Assembly: GCF_000150275.1 (NCBI RefSeq)
Contig: NW_002060943.1
Span: forward strand, 8,645,070 to 8,709,069
Source of the DNA: Trichoplax adhaerens
Lineage: Eukaryota; Animalia; Placozoa
Length of the DNA: 64,000 nt
Reading direction: 5' to 3'
Part shown: positions 12,293 to 27,957 of the stretch, in pieces
How the letters are laid out: every line of letters starts with the position of its first letter
Position numbering within the stretch: position 1 is the first letter of the stretch
Notes under the pieces: generated by a model
What the model was told of the DNA's origin: nothing
What the model saw: the letters and a program-made list of their open reading frames with translations, nothing else
Database searches by the model: none
Position numbers and translations under genes: made by a program

Positions 12293-15200
12293 GATAATTT
12301 GAACAGATTACAGTATATCGATAATTCAACGGTTGAAAGCGAGTAAGATGCTAGAGATTTAAATATCAATAGTTATTCTAGGATGACCGAGATAGCATAG
12401 GGTAGATTACTGGTTTTGCATTAAGTACAACTCGAATATGGATGCTTTTTCCTTTACTCTTCGTCTTCTCCTAGATTTTAATAGGACAAGATCAATTAGC
12501 GTAGCGTCTTGATTTCATCTGTTTGAAAGTTACTCTTTATTCTCTTCGCTTGTTCAATTTTCTCCTGAAATCATAATATGATTGTCAGTAATTTTAAACG
12601 GAAAGAGTAGCGTCAAAATGAAGTAATCAATTAATCATCAATCACTTAAGCTAAAAAGGAAGTAGAAATCAATATCTATTGAAGTTTTTAACCTTGCTCG
12701 ACATGAATATTTTATTAAGATATAGTTGAACTCACTTATTGGATAATAACTCTTCGTGTTAAACGAAAAACAATAATCAACAGAAAGATGTTTTTTGTTG
12801 TTGTAACCTTTCAAGTTAACATCAATTCGTTTAGACACCATCAAATAGGGTTACATAATAAGTGATTACCATCCTTATAGTGGTTGATTAAGGCAATAAT
12901 GAGTTGGCATAACCGCGAGACGACCTCGATTGTCTACGTTTCATAACTTGATTCTAAATTAGCTATTATACTAGCTCAGCTTGAAATCTACCTTGCCATA
13001 GATAAATAAGAAAGCCTTTAAAATAAAAACAAGTGATTATCTCTATTAGCATATTTACAATAAATCTAATTAAACAAAAGCTCTTTTATATCTAGCCTAT
13101 TCAACACTCTGAGGCAATAATGAACTCCCATTAAAATAGCATTTTAATTCCAAATTGACTTGATAATCAATCTTAGCGCTATCATTCGTTATCCATTGAT
13201 TTTATTGCTCTTATCTTGAATTGAACGGTAGAATTAATCAAATGCTTATTACATAACTGTCAGATTGTATTGTCCCATGCAGTAGCGTTAATAGTAATAG
13301 TTAAATCTGTTATTGTAAACTAAATCTCTAACAACAATGAGAAGTATTTAAAATGAGGTCAGATTATGATTAATTCATAGCAATTCATTTTTACTGAAAT
13401 CATTATCCAATCCGAAACTCTGTCTGATTTTCCGATTGTATGTTATTCTTTACCTAGTAACGATATATTCAAAATTGATGACTAATTGTTTAGAGCAGAT
13501 TGATTGGGTATAGGGTGTACGTGATAGTGTCTACATATAACATCTTAATTCAATTTTTCATCAAATTTTAATTGTTTACTATTTCATGTGTTAACGTGCA
13601 AATGAATATACTGTCATAGAAGATAATGTATCACATTGCATTGCGATCATACAATTAGATATGACTTAAAAGTAGAATTATTCTAGATATTTTTGCAAAT
13701 TATTCGACTATAGCAAAGGGTGATTAAAACTGTTTTGTTATCTTTATTAATCAATAGTAATGATTTTAACCTAAAGAATAATATTCAGATTAGTTATCAA
13801 AGTAGGATTATTCTTACTATAAGGGAGTTATTAATAAACTTATTATGTGGAAGAATAATTATACCGGATTGGTTAATTACTGAACAAGTATCAATATTTC
13901 AAGCTATAAAGTACGGTACTATTTCAAAAATTGGCGATCGCAAATATTACTGTACATGTCGATGTACATTGAACGGTAGCTAAGAGATAGATAGATAAAA
14001 TTCAAAATCTTATTTAGAATGTTACCTAATGAAACAAGTCTAATTTCCACAGTAGAATAATAAAGAATGTAGTCCAATAGGTTAAAATTGAAATTTTTAA
14101 TAGCTTATTAATAATTTATAATAATGTGATAACAATAAAAATAGCTTTTTTATAATAAGGCAAAAGGTAATCAAAATATATCGTATGGACGTGAAAGCTA
14201 AATTCAATATCTGATTTATATTAAAAAAAATAAATAAAACTAGCTATTATGATACACGGTGACAAAATAGCAAACATAGCATTAATCATACAATACATAA
14301 AAACTTAAATCCAACAGCGGGTTAATTATTTATAATACTAGAAGATAAAAATGAGCTTAATTTTATAGAGAAAAAGGAGTAAGATTTCTAATTAACCAAT
14401 ATCATGCTAATGTTGAAAATCAGTAATAATTAATTAATTTAAAATGTTATAAAAGATTGAATCTATTGTATTAATGGATTTAATTCTTCTTTATTCAGTC
14501 TGAAATTTTAACTTCAAAGCAACGTCCTCCCCAATTTTAATAATTTTAAGTGAATAATGAGTCCGGCTAAAAATTTCATGGGCAATTAGATTTCGTATGT
14601 ATTCTATTTTTCTGGCAGTAAAATTCGTCTTGTTGTTGTTCTAGACTTAGCCTAATAAAGTAATTTTAATTGGTTGCTAGCTAAAAATTAGATTTTTTGA
14701 ACGTAGATAAATGTAGCCGTATATCGTATGATTATAATTTCAGGTACGTTTAACTACGATCATAAAACTTTCTTTTCGAGATCAATTTCTGGGATGAACT
14801 GATCAAAATTTAAATCAGTTTTAATTTTCTTATACTTACGTTTTATATTATAGTCACGGTACGAACTACTATGAAGAATGGAAAACTAAATTTAGTAAAC
14901 TTAACATACTTGTATAGTGATTACAATTAAATATCTACAGCAGCAGGAATTACCGTAGTTACTGTGGCATACTAGTTATATATTGTCACTGCATATCGAT
15001 ACGTATACGCTGGCAACCCTGTTAAAAGTATATAATTGATGTATATTCTATATTGTGTACTGTACACTATATAGATGAATGAGAATGGATGCGAAATCGG
15101 TCATTTTGCAAGCTGCCCTAATTGATCCATGTTATTCTGATATTCTCTAATATTTCTCAGACTCATTTATCTAACAAACTCTCTTGACATATCGGACGAT

Positions 15201-18200
15201 TATTCCTTAATCAAGCCACTATATATTACAGCTATAATTTGCTATAGTAAACTATATGTCTTAACATAAAATAAAAACTGTTATAGTAATTAAGATTAAT
15301 TGATTACAATATTAACTATCTACGGAACTTAGATACTCTTTGATAGCAGCTAGCATTGATAAATCATCTAGACATTCTTACTTGATTACTAAATTAATGC
15401 AACAATATTTATGGTCACGGACATCTACCGACTAAGGATTCTAGATAACTAAAACATAGTATGTCCATTTCCGAGATTTTTATAGCAAAATCTATAATCC
15501 GTTGTTAATCGAGATTAAATTATAAGGACTACTTTAATAAATCAGTTCTCTTGTCTTAACGTGTAAATGTAAAGGCTTTTGAATTCTTTCATAGAGTTAA
15601 AAGATATGAGAGCCAAGATATTTCTTAAACTCAGAGATTTTGTCGCTACGTAGCTCCGGTTACGAAGCTGGTTTCTGCCAATTAAAGAATGCATTAACTT
15701 TGTGATCAGCATGATCTATGGTAAAATTTAAGACACTGGCCTTCGTAAATTTTGATTGTCGAGGCTATGTTATTAGTATCGTTTGTGTTTAGCTAGGAAA
15801 TTATAAACGGGCAGGCATTGAGAGAGTAAATATCTGTTGTAATCACTATTTTAAAACATTAAAGTTGCACCTTTTATATTATGCTAGCGATTGATTACAA
15901 CTTTAAAGAAAATAGAGAGAAAATTTGCTAGAAAGATGTTATATATTTTGATTTTGTAGTATACAAGTATATCGTATTTGGGTAGTATTATGTAATTACT
16001 TACGAGATATACTCTAATTATAAATATACCTATTCTACTGCATTCAAAGCAGCAGTGATTAAAATCGTAAAATTGCATCATTAAAGCACTTTCATAATGC
16101 AAACCCACGGCATCAATTTATAATAGGAATAGCCTAGTATTAACAAATTCAGAATTTATCTAACAACAAAGGCTAGACTCATTATTATGCTAACTAGTAT
16201 CTGCGAGTTAAATGAATTAAATAGCATCTTATGTAAAGATTAAAATGAGCTAACCAGAGATTTCAACGCATAAAGTATTTATGATCTGAATAAAAAAGTT
16301 TTGTAACAACAGTTTAAAAGTATTCGAGATCTAATATAACTGTAAAGTAGAGATTATGATTTATTTCGATGTCGCTTGTACCTACACAATATTTTAGATA
16401 CGTAAATAAATACGGCGATTTTAGTATTTACAATTTACAAATCGAGCTTATATTAACGTCTTCTATTTTAGGACCATAATTAACTAATCTACAAAACATA
16501 GACCCAATTTTTGGTAATCCTTCATGCTTACGTTCAGATATTGGTTATCGTGCAATGCAAAAGTACATTTTTATTCTTAATCATAGTTGGCCAGTGACTT
16601 ACATTTATACATCGCGAACCAAGATCTTATGTTGTAAGTTACATTATGGTTTAAATCTATGGCTCTCTTGTATATCACATTGATTGTAAAAGCATAAATA
16701 CAGCTAAACTTTTAAAAGTATCCTGCGATAGTTGTAGTTGATGGTGTAACTTAGTTATATTCTTATGATTTTCATAGCAGTTTGCACAGTGGCCTATAGC
16801 AACCATCTTCTCCATCTCATACGATACTCAATCTGTATAGAAAGTTTATATTTTCTAACTCAAAATCTTATGATTTAGTCTTGCAGTTGTAGTACGTGTT
16901 ATAGCTCAAGCCCTCTGCTATACAATAAATTAGATCGTAGTTTTTAGCTTGAAAATAAATATTTTTCAATAGTGTTTCATCCTCGCATTATAGATTACAC
17001 ACATACAATAAATTATTATATCTTATTTTGATAATTGACCTATAAATCTTGCATCAAGATGAAGACTTCTTTCTGCTTCAGATCTCATTAGTTGTTGATT
17101 TTACCTACTTTGCTTATATTAACTTCACGGTAGCTTATACGCTAATTTAAAGTAACGATCTACTATCCGATATGAATTATAGCGCCTATTAGAGTCAGTT
17201 ATTTTCCTTGTGAAATATCTTGTTTCAATCTTAATAAGATTATTACAACAGATACATCAAACTTCTCATTACAAACAGCTGCACTTGCTCCCATACGGTA
17301 CAGACATTTATAGGCTATAATAACCATTTTAATTGTTACTGCATATCACGAAGTATAATAGAGAGTGTGATACTATGCTATCATGGATATTTTTAAGAAC
17401 TGCTGATAGATTAGCAAGAGAAAATCTATTATTATGGACAATATATGGAAAATATATCTACTTCTGCTCATCTTCTTTATAATACTTTAAATAAAGCCAA
17501 AGCCATAAGCAAATGTGGAAATTAAAAGTACTACTTGCCGTAAGCTGTATGTATCATCGGTACTTTAATTACAAACGAACTATATGCAGCAGATATGGTA
17601 TCTATATTATGGAATAGATTTTTTCTAGGTCGATAATAGATATTTTTTCTTTCATTTGACTCATTAATTATAAACTAACAACATATTAATATAATTTAAA
17701 AATTTTAATGGTTCTGTAATTGATGTAGCGTAAATTAATTATTGAAATACAAAAAAATAAAGCCAAATTACATGGAACTAACTGATCAGTAGACTTTAAT
17801 TTGATAGCTAAGATTAAAGCATAATGGGCATTACATACTTGCAAGGCAAAGAATTACAAGCTTTGTAATATGCATTTGTTTTCACTCTCATGCTCCCTAA
17901 CATACTTTAGAGTCTCTAGGATAGTAATGAAGATAGTGGCTGAATATTGTATTTATATTAATGCATATGTTGAATATTTAAACGACAGCATCAAACTGTG
18001 CTGATCTTTCAACATCATTGGCAATAAGGAGTACAGCTATAGTTACAGTCATGATGACTTCTACATGAAGATATTAGATTTACATTACAAAATTGATTGA
18101 AGATTGTAGAGTAGATGATCACATAACAATGCTTGAACTCAATCTTTAAGTTCATTTTGGCAGTATTAAACCTAAAGTTACCAAGTTATATTAGAAACTC

Positions 18201-18272
18201 TGTTGTTACATCCGCTTAAAATAGGAAAGGCTAACTAAAGCTTACACTAAAAAAGAATACAGAAATAAATTA

Positions 18273-21200
18273 CTAAAATACCCTGCTACTCGGTGCGAAG
18301 ACTTCTTCTTGGAGAGGCATATCATTTATAATTATGGAACTACTTCTAATTGAACCACCCCGTAAGGAACCACCTTGAACAGAATTACTTCGAACACTGT
18401 AAGTTCTATCAGATCCTTTCATTTCAGTATCAAGATCGCTATCTTTTAAATTTAATCCAACGGCTACAGGGGTGCTATCATCAATTTTACTCAATGAAAT
18501 CGTTTTTCCTTTCTGCATCTGTTAGTAAAGAGAAAAAAACGAAGTGATATTTAGATAACTGACTAAAAAATTAAGAAGTAACGATACTGACTAAACTATT
18601 GAAAGATATCCCAAATTATGCTATCGTAGTCAGTTATCGTGCTACAGCTTACTGTAAATCATAGTGATATAAATATCCTTAGCAATCATCGGAAGTAATC
18701 TTACCGCTTTAACTGTAATGTCATGGAAGGAATTTGCTTTCACGCGAGAAATCTTTACTGTATCAACTATTACGACCAAAGCAGTATAGATAAGAAAAGA
18801 AAGAATTAAAGATTCATTAACTTTTCCGTTATGACATCAAATTGAATAATTTCATTTTTCACAACAGATTAATTACATTTGATAGCCATAGCAGCTTGTG
18901 AAGTGTGCAAACACACGTGAAATCGAAAGCCAACCATCAGCGGGTGAGCAACCTGAAAGAAAATGCTTAGTGATGATGGAATCTTGCAAGAAGATTGAAA
19001 TCTACACGTGGGTAAGAAAGTTAGTTATTCATGAATGAGTTGATTGATAGATAGCACCATTATGTCTAGCTATTGCTGACTTATAGACAAAGTTGATCGC
19101 TCGTGAAAACGTAAACTACTGTACGGAATAAAAAAAATTAAGAAACTTAAAAGTTATGCGATTGTTCAGTGAATTATGCATTCATAGTTAATGTTGATCC
19201 TTAAATCTAATCATATACATTAACAGATCTAAATACTATATTCGAAATTGTTCACTGTCCATAAAGCCAAGGCAACAGTTATAAGATTTTAAGCAGTCAA
19301 TAAAAGGGCAGAGGCAGGATATACAACGTTAGCAGTGTCTAAAATTAATTTGTACTTACACGTGATCCAGGCTGACGGTTTCTTGATCCACTATTTCGGC
19401 AATAAATTGTGAAATGAACAGCCAAGTCATGAATATAAACAAGAAATTAAACCAAACAACCCTGCGGTAATGGTAAAAATTGGTAGGAACATGGATGAAG
19501 AATCCCATTTGCAAGAACAAGCTAATAACATGTATAATACTCTTGACACCAGAGTAATACAATTTGGACTCCATAGATTCATAATTTTTATCATTGTACA
19601 ATATAAGCGCTGCACCACCATATAAACCCCAAAATAATAAACCTACCCAGCCCATAACAAAGATCAGAATCTGGGTATATTCATGCTCTTCAGTATCAAT
19701 CTCTAGTTTATTATACCATAATAGAAATAACACAATTGCTATGCACATGATACCAACAGCGTCTAAGCTAATAGTTAGAATGGTATCGTTGGCAATGGCA
19801 GGTAATGCAAAGTAATTGCCGCTAATGTTAAGAATTTTCAATATAGGTATAACTGCTGTTAAAGGGCCCAATGAAAATGCTAGTAATCGACACCAGTTTT
19901 CTAAGCCCTGAAATGGTCGGCCACGCCGACGATGAGTATAACAGTTTGATAAATCATCTGTAGCTTGATGAATTTTTTCCAATCCCATAGCTTTTTCATA
20001 AAATACTGTGGCACATAATAATCGATAATCGACCACTAATGCATCGTAGACGACTACAAATAAACTGGCAGCGTTATGAATAGCGAAATCGATTCGTCGG
20101 CGCTGTAGATTTGCATGAATTTCAAGTAGTGAATCTAACCATTCAAATAAATTCCAGACTGCCATCAGCTTTAGAAACAAAATGGCCTGTAATCGGCGAC
20201 TTTCAATTGGTTGATGCCCACGCATACGATATCGAATCATACCGGCTTACGGAAATATAAGATAGTAAGAGAAAATAAAGGTTTATAAAGTTTTATAAGG
20301 TTTACTAATTATAATTAAAATAATTAATATTGATAGACTAGTTTATTCTTATAGCAAAATGTTTATATATTATAATGATCAATTATCTAAGGTAAAGTAT
20401 TTATTCAAAAAATAGTAAAAGAAATACATAAAACATTCTATACTACGATCGATTAAAGGTGTAATATTTTTATCTATAATGATTTATTGAGTGAGACTAC
20501 CCTAGATGTCTGTTTATATGACATGAGCTGTAATGTGGATAGTGCTATGGAGTAACTTTTGTGCAGCAACTGCAAGGTAGTTTTCATATTATAACTTATC
20601 TAGGAATGCATCGATCATGATTATCTTATATGTATTTTTTATAGATAATCACATAGCTTTATAATATTGTCCATGTGCCGATAATTAATTAATGTTTATG
20701 TAAATTCACTATAAATTGTATGATGTTTCTTTAAGATTTGGATTCAGTTTAGTTTAAGAGACGAATTATTAGCTGTAAATTCCTGGGAATAGGAAGATCG
20801 CCAATATTTATAATTGTAATATAGATAGTTATCGGGAAGGACGGACCTGACGATAGACTCGTAGTTTAATTATTTCTTGTTGTAGTTGTAATTTCCTCAT
20901 TACGGATTTTGATTTATAATATATAATCTATCAAATAGTATATTATTGCTCTCTAAAATAACAATTTATCATGTGAGACTATCGTAGACATACACCCTTT
21001 TAAAATATATTGTACTATATATAGTAAAAATTATATTATTTCTCGTAAATCAATGATTTGTTTCGTAAGGCTAAAATACTGTAAATATACATATATATAA
21101 AATATATTGCACAATAATCTATCAAATAGTACATTCTTTCCCTTTGAAATAACGATTTATTAAATGAGATTATTCTAAATATACATTCATTTTTAGTTAA

Positions 21201-23230
21201 TGAAATGCATGAATAAAATTTAGAAGACCAGAGCTAGAATGTGAATAAAGATTTCCTGTTATATTTAATAGGATCAAGTAGAAGGACGAGATTAAGATTA
21301 GATTATTTAAAGAATTATCTTACCTTGAATTAATTTCTGTACTGTAAATATAATGGCACCAGCATAAAATAACGGCAAATTTCGGATACATAGATCAGAA
21401 GGTGCGGTAGTTGCATGTACTTCAGCTGATGTAGGATGTACAGAATGAGGTACTTCAGAATGATTTACTGAACGCTCATGATGTCCTGGGGCAGCTGTAT
21501 GCGGTGCTGCAGTAGTTGTAACACTAGTTGAATTACAAGATCCAGTACTGTTCAGCAAGATAGGTAGGAATATAAAGACGCTATCAGCTACTGCTAATGG
21601 AATAGTTAGCCATGCAATGATATTGATCAAATAGCCTTCATCAGCTTCACGACTATTTCTTTCTGCTACTGCGTTAGTTTGTTCATGCTCAATTGATAGA
21701 ACATTCTGATGAGAGTGAAAGTGGGGATAACGCTTTCCTATTTCATGTGCTAACTTTTCGTTATTGGCTGTGGCCGATATAGTATCACCCTGAGAACTTT
21801 TAATATGTTCATCTTCACAGTCTCTTAATTGATTGACCATTATCAGGCCGTTAAGTAGCTTCCTCTTATCTGTAAATAAATATATTGTATATGCAACCAT
21901 ACCTACGCAACCAATTATAGCCACGCTGACGATACGGTAACCTCTCAAAATAGCGTTCGTGAAAATAGTGGTATTTAAGATAGCAGATCCACGAAAGATA
22001 AATGTTAAAACAATAAGTATCAACCAAAAAGCAAAGCTAACTGCCGGGATTTTAGTTACCCTATGAGATAGATATCCTAAGGGGGGAAAAAAATAGATCA
22101 GTTCTTGTATAAAGCAATATAGCACTGTATATTTCCTTTTATCTAGCCTGTATTTGTGTTAACCATTGCATCGTGGGTAACTCAATCATGATTTGTTATA
22201 AATCATAGAAGCTGTAGCAAAAGATATATTATGTACGAATCCTTATATATTTCTGTATTGAATAAGCAAGATATTTATATCTCAGTATATCATGTAATAG
22301 TAAAGACACTTGTTAGTTAATGAAACATTATAACTAACGCAGCAGCTTAGGAATAAGGGAATTATAAACGCTATATAAACTCTTAGATTCATCAATAAAA
22401 TTAGTCTTTCTTCTTCATCCTCAATAACTCTCGTTTAGTAACATCAGTAAACTAAATATATAATTAAAACTAATGAAGAAACTGTTATAATCTACCGATA
22501 TATTAGATATCTATATTTTGTAGAAGAAAACTTTTCACGCTAATTTGGTTTACTAACGTTTTGAATAACTGAAGTGCAATTAATGTACTGTATATTTAAA
22601 TATGTATTGAGATGCTTATCGATTTCTAATAAAAAAAAGGAGCTAATTTTTTCTTTTAGTTAGTTTCAGGCCTTAACTTATACTGTAGAATTTAGTATCA
22701 GGATGTCTGTTCTCTTCATTACAATCATCACAGTTCGTAATTTCTTGATTGGGGTTTGCTAGTATTACTTTGTGTTTATAATAAAATTATCAACTATCAA
22801 GATGATATTGTCGCTACCCTAACTTCATTAAATTTTCTAGCTAAATCAGCCATAATATGAGTAAGATCTTTATCAGGTTATCATTACAAATTATATATTT
22901 CTAAAATATTACTGTTGATATTTAAATGGCTATAATCATATAGGCAGCGATATTCTACTCTTAAAATAATATGATGATTAAATATAAAGGAAGATTTGAT
23001 GGTATAATTTCTTATTCGAAACTATGATAATTACTTGAACATGGGATAATGAAGGCAACAAGTAGAAATGCACCAGTCCAAGCGGCAAGTAAAATACTCG
23101 AAGCGTCAGTGTCTTCATTTGTACAATGCGCACGCGGACAGGCTTCGGATGATTGCCTACTCGTATGCTTTACTGCTGCTCCAATTAAGTGAAATTCTCC
23201 ACCATGATTTGGATCGTAAAGATGCGCCAT
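18273..23230 (-). CDS. Otopetrin-family (OTOP-like) multi-pass membrane protein, putative proton channel, about 755 aa
   Basis: Exons 23230-23035, 22076-21324, 20245-19360, 19001-18877, 18766-18705 and 18518-18273 are GT-AG and phase-consistent (2268 nt). About 12 TM segments in two halves. Motifs QKLIQ, WNLFEWL, VDYRLLC, HVISLFLQMGFFI and the terminal HPLMVGFRFHVC match the otopetrin PLxIF(Y/F)R(F/M)H signature. Exon 4 is not in the ORF track and was read manually. Confidence 0.72.
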
Positions 23231-26200
23231 TTTCTGTTAATTATATGATTTCACGACTCTTGTTATGGAAGAAATAAAGGTCTTATATCACTATATATAA
23301 TTTAGTAACATGATTTTGCAATAGTATTTGCGCCATAAATCTAGAAATTATCAACTCCTACAATATACGTGCTTAAAGGTAAATATCTTCCTTAGAAATT
23401 TAATTTACCAACAATTATGTTATTTAGCTATCAAGATTAAAATACTGTGCAGCATATATGTATAGGATTATCAGAGTAATATGTGTAAATTGAAAATCGG
23501 CTTTAGATATACTATGCAATGTCTTAATTATATAAGGCTCCACATGATCAGAATTAAGATTATTCTATTTGATTCTGCCATCGAAATTTGTAGGACAAAG
23601 ATTAATCAGGTCTTCGTGAATTTTACAAGTATATCAGATGGTTAATACATTTCTAGATTATAGCTACTTTCTTTAGACTATCAAATGTAGCATGCTTTGC
23701 AATGAAATCTGTATATACTCTAATCTTTATATAATAATGCCATAAAAATATTTCAGCACTGGCAAATTTTCGGACCCATTTACTTTAGACGTAAAAAGTC
23801 TCGCATTTGAAGTACAAATTTCCATGTGCGTAGTGATTCAATACTGGTAAACGCCTCCAGTGAATCAGTGTAAGGCATATACTTAGAATAAGTATCAATA
23901 TTTCTACTAGTCAGAATTATATTGTCGGTAAAGGTATATTTAGTAACTATGACATGAGCGTAGCTAACTTATAAATTGATTGACTTTTATGAGCTTATTG
24001 ATAGTGTAAAATGTAAGTTCTGTACCTTAATGTTGCAACAGAAATGCAGTGTTTGCTAATTTGGAATCTAATTTATGGATAAAAGTAAACACATTTTACG
24101 TTGCTAACAATTTGTGGGAGGTATTTTATGCAGATAATTTATGTATCTATCATGAGTGATGTGCTTTTGTAGGTTCTAGAGCAAGCTTGGATAAAAGTTA
24201 TGTTTAAAGATTGTAATTACAAGTTTTGCTAAATCACTAAAACCAGAATGATATTCCGGATAGTAATTCTATTAAACTCATCCCTTAATCTGCATTATGT
24301 TCAAATCAATCTTAAATAGACTAAGTTAGAATGTAAAATTTCATTACGGCTACAAATTTCAGGAAAAAATGTGGCTATTTTACGAAAATCAGAATGGATA
24401 TATATGATTTATTCTAAGCCTCTTCTTTAACAATCTAGGTATTCAAACTATAGATTGTAATAATCTTTATATTCAAAATTTGACTACATTTATTTAATTA
24501 ATACATTTAGACAACATCTAAATGTTAGAGCTAACAATATTGCTTGCGACTCACGTATGGATATTATACAGCAACTCCACCCTGAACACACCTTGGACAC
24601 ATGTTATCTCCGCATACAAATTATTAATTTATTTTCAGTCAAAAATTCCATTGACATAACCTTCAATTTTGACATTTACGATGGAAAATATTTTTGTGTT
24701 GAATATGGAAACATGGTTACAGAATAATTGACTTATAACGATTACGGCTGATTAAGGAAATTTTCGATGTCGACAACTCTTAATCCTAACTTTTTTTCCG
24801 TTAAGCAACAATGTATTTTATACTATAACCTGAAATCACTAAACAATGATTCTGATTTATTTTAAAGATCGCGTAAGCGACCAGCAACTAATAAAGTAAT
24901 CAAATCGTCTAGTTAATCTTCAATATCCAACTAATTTCTTAATGAGTGTCTAATAGTTGTTAATTATTTTAATTATGGTTATTTCGTACCTATTACGAAA
25001 TTTAGTTATAAATATCGAATGCTTTATTTTACATTTGATTGTTGTTTGCTAAAAACAATAAGATTCGTTAAAAGTTTGATCGATCTACCCTAATTGATGG
25101 CATAAAACCAATTAAACTTAGCGAAATGAAGGTACGATATGCTTGGTTCTATCAATCTTAATTCTAATAAATATATGTAGACTTACTTTCTTGTCGATAT
25201 GAATAAAAGAAGTTGGCGGATCAGAACTAAAACTATTTATCACTATTTTAATAACTTGTGCATGATGTGATCACTGCTTTTTCGTATTTTGAACAAATTA
25301 GCCAACATACTATTAGCAGTATTTGAGTTAATTGATTTTGAATTTACAAATTAAAAATAATTACATCACAAAATGCGATTATCAGAATATTTCTATTCTT
25401 TTAAATAACTGTTAGCTTATCCTTCCTGTAACTGTCAATATAGTATTGGTTAGGATTAATAAAATCATCCAACTATTATTGGCTGATTGAAAATCATTTA
25501 AAAATCAAAGGTGTAGCAGTGGGCATGCAATATAAATAATTTTATAATTATGCCCCTACTAATGTTAATTTAAGATCGCCATAGCTTGTCAACAAGTTAA
25601 TAAGTTGAAAAGATCATGGATAAACATCAGAGCTACATCCAGTTATGCAACAGGATTGAAATTTTCGAATAATCCTCAGCAATTTTCGATTTTATCAATC
25701 ATCTCGAACTCTCAAAGAATAAAGTAGATTAGTCAATGGGATGAAAATGAGATAATTTTATGAAGAGGGTGATCTTTGTGTGCCATCAACAATATAAATA
25801 GATATTTCCTATATATGTGGGTAAAAGTGATGAGCAAAATCACTATGTAAAATCCTACGGGTATCAATCCAATCTGAGGTTGGCCATCTATATATGGTTA
25901 AATATCACGATGTTATTATCACGTCATGTGTATATAGATGTAGTTATGGTACTATATTAAGCTTATCTATATATGTATTCTCATGTTGCCATACTCGGCA
26001 TGATATTCTATTTGTAATGTCTAAACTAGGGAAACCTTTCTCTTAGTGATGATCTTGTGATCTACGCCAGTAGATCAAAGGTCACAATAAAGAAAGTATA
26101 TAAACTCATTATTTTAACAATAAAGTCAGTTCTTCAACTTAATTACTGGGTCTCCTTGCTGAGTGCAGATCTAGTACTTGTTACAAAATTTGGAAGTTGT

Positions 26201-27957
26201 AACAGGCTTATATAATTTATAATTACTATAATTTATGATAGACTACAGAATGAAGAAGAACCAACATAACAATTAATTTGAGGGTGTCATGCAATCTAAC
26301 CTATAGGTTAATTCATGCGAACCATATATTTTAGAGACAGTATACCTTAGGAAGGTTAATTTAAAAACTTTGAGATCAGAATTTATCAATTCCGTAGTAT
26401 TTTAAATCAAGTATCATAATTTAAGATAAATTGGGTAAAAAGGGTGTTTATAAACTCGCTTTAATGATTTAATATTTCTAGGACGTCAAAATCTGAATTA
26501 GTATGCGCAATAATGTTACTGTATAGATACAAGCATTCCAAGTAAAATAGAAGAACTAATTAAGCAATTTTATAGCCCTTAAAGTATTGCATTCTAGACT
26601 ATATCTCTAAGCAAAATTGTTAAGATACTAGAGGTTACGGATACTGAACAGAATAAGGAAAGTACATGATTTAATGCTATGGGAGGGGAAGCAGGTTTAC
26701 CTAATGATCACTAAAACTCATTGGCTAACCTCTGTTTCATTACCAAAATATCCTTGCTAGCTTAAAAGTATTGCTAGTGGTCTAAGCAGAAAATTAAATC
26801 GCGATATGCGATACATCAAAGAACACTGGCAAAATTTTTAAGGGAATTTAGTTTTGTGTTGAAATCGAATTTTAACCTAATTGAGTCATAAATTTAATGG
26901 CAGTCATTTTTTTCTATACCTCCAGAAGGACTCTAGTCGAATCTCAATAGATTTTTATATAAATGTCAATTTCCTATTGAGAAATACCCGTATTGAGTAT
27001 GATCTATTAGCGATTATTCTACCAAGTCTTGATGCAATGAATTGATTAGTAATGTTCTGTTTCATAAAATGACAGTTTAAGGATTTTATATCGTATTAAA
27101 TGCTTGCTTTTATTCTTCGATTATGAAAATAAGAAAAATTTAACGAAACTTGCAAATTATTTGCCTTATTGACTAAGACGTAATGATGCAAAAAAAAATT
27201 GGCGTACTCACGCTATTGTTACCTTCGGGAATAACTAATATCCCGGATATTCGAGAGACGATGTAGTGTGAAAAATAAAATTACGGTATCACTACAGCCC
27301 AGGCGAGTAATTGACTGTAGAAAATAGATCACGAAGCTGATCCTGCTGTAAAGGAATACATAGGAATTTTCGAAACCTTTCTTTTTACAAATATCATGGG
27401 ATCGACTTAATGCTTTGGTTGCTGATTGCTCATAAAGGAATAAAGTACTGTAAACTTCAAAGATGCTACGTCACTCTTGGTTAACACAATTTTCTCAGTT
27501 ATCATCGCAGAGATGCTAGAAAATTGTGGAAATTAAGGTAATGGTTAGAGAATTTGGTCTGAAATATCATTTGTCATAAGAAAAAGTAGGAATCTCCATA
27601 ATCTTAACAGTATTTTAAAATTTGCCAGTCATCTTGTCAATTTATTTTCAGCATATTAAATTAAACAATTTGCGAGAATAACTCTACAAATTAAGTATTT
27701 GTCAACGTCATGCCGTATGGCTTATTTCCCATGTCATAGAAAGGACAGAGGTCAAAGGCGTTGAAATACATCAAACAACTTGATATTAGTATGAGTAAGA
27801 TTTAAAGTTACAGAATTGCTAACTTAAAGTAACATTTCATTTCATTTCTAGATGAAGCATTGATCATTGTACTCATAAATTGTACTTGATGTAGTTTAGC
27901 AATAACTAGATTAATCCAGTTATATCAAGATCGGCCGATAATATAGAAATGACTTAC

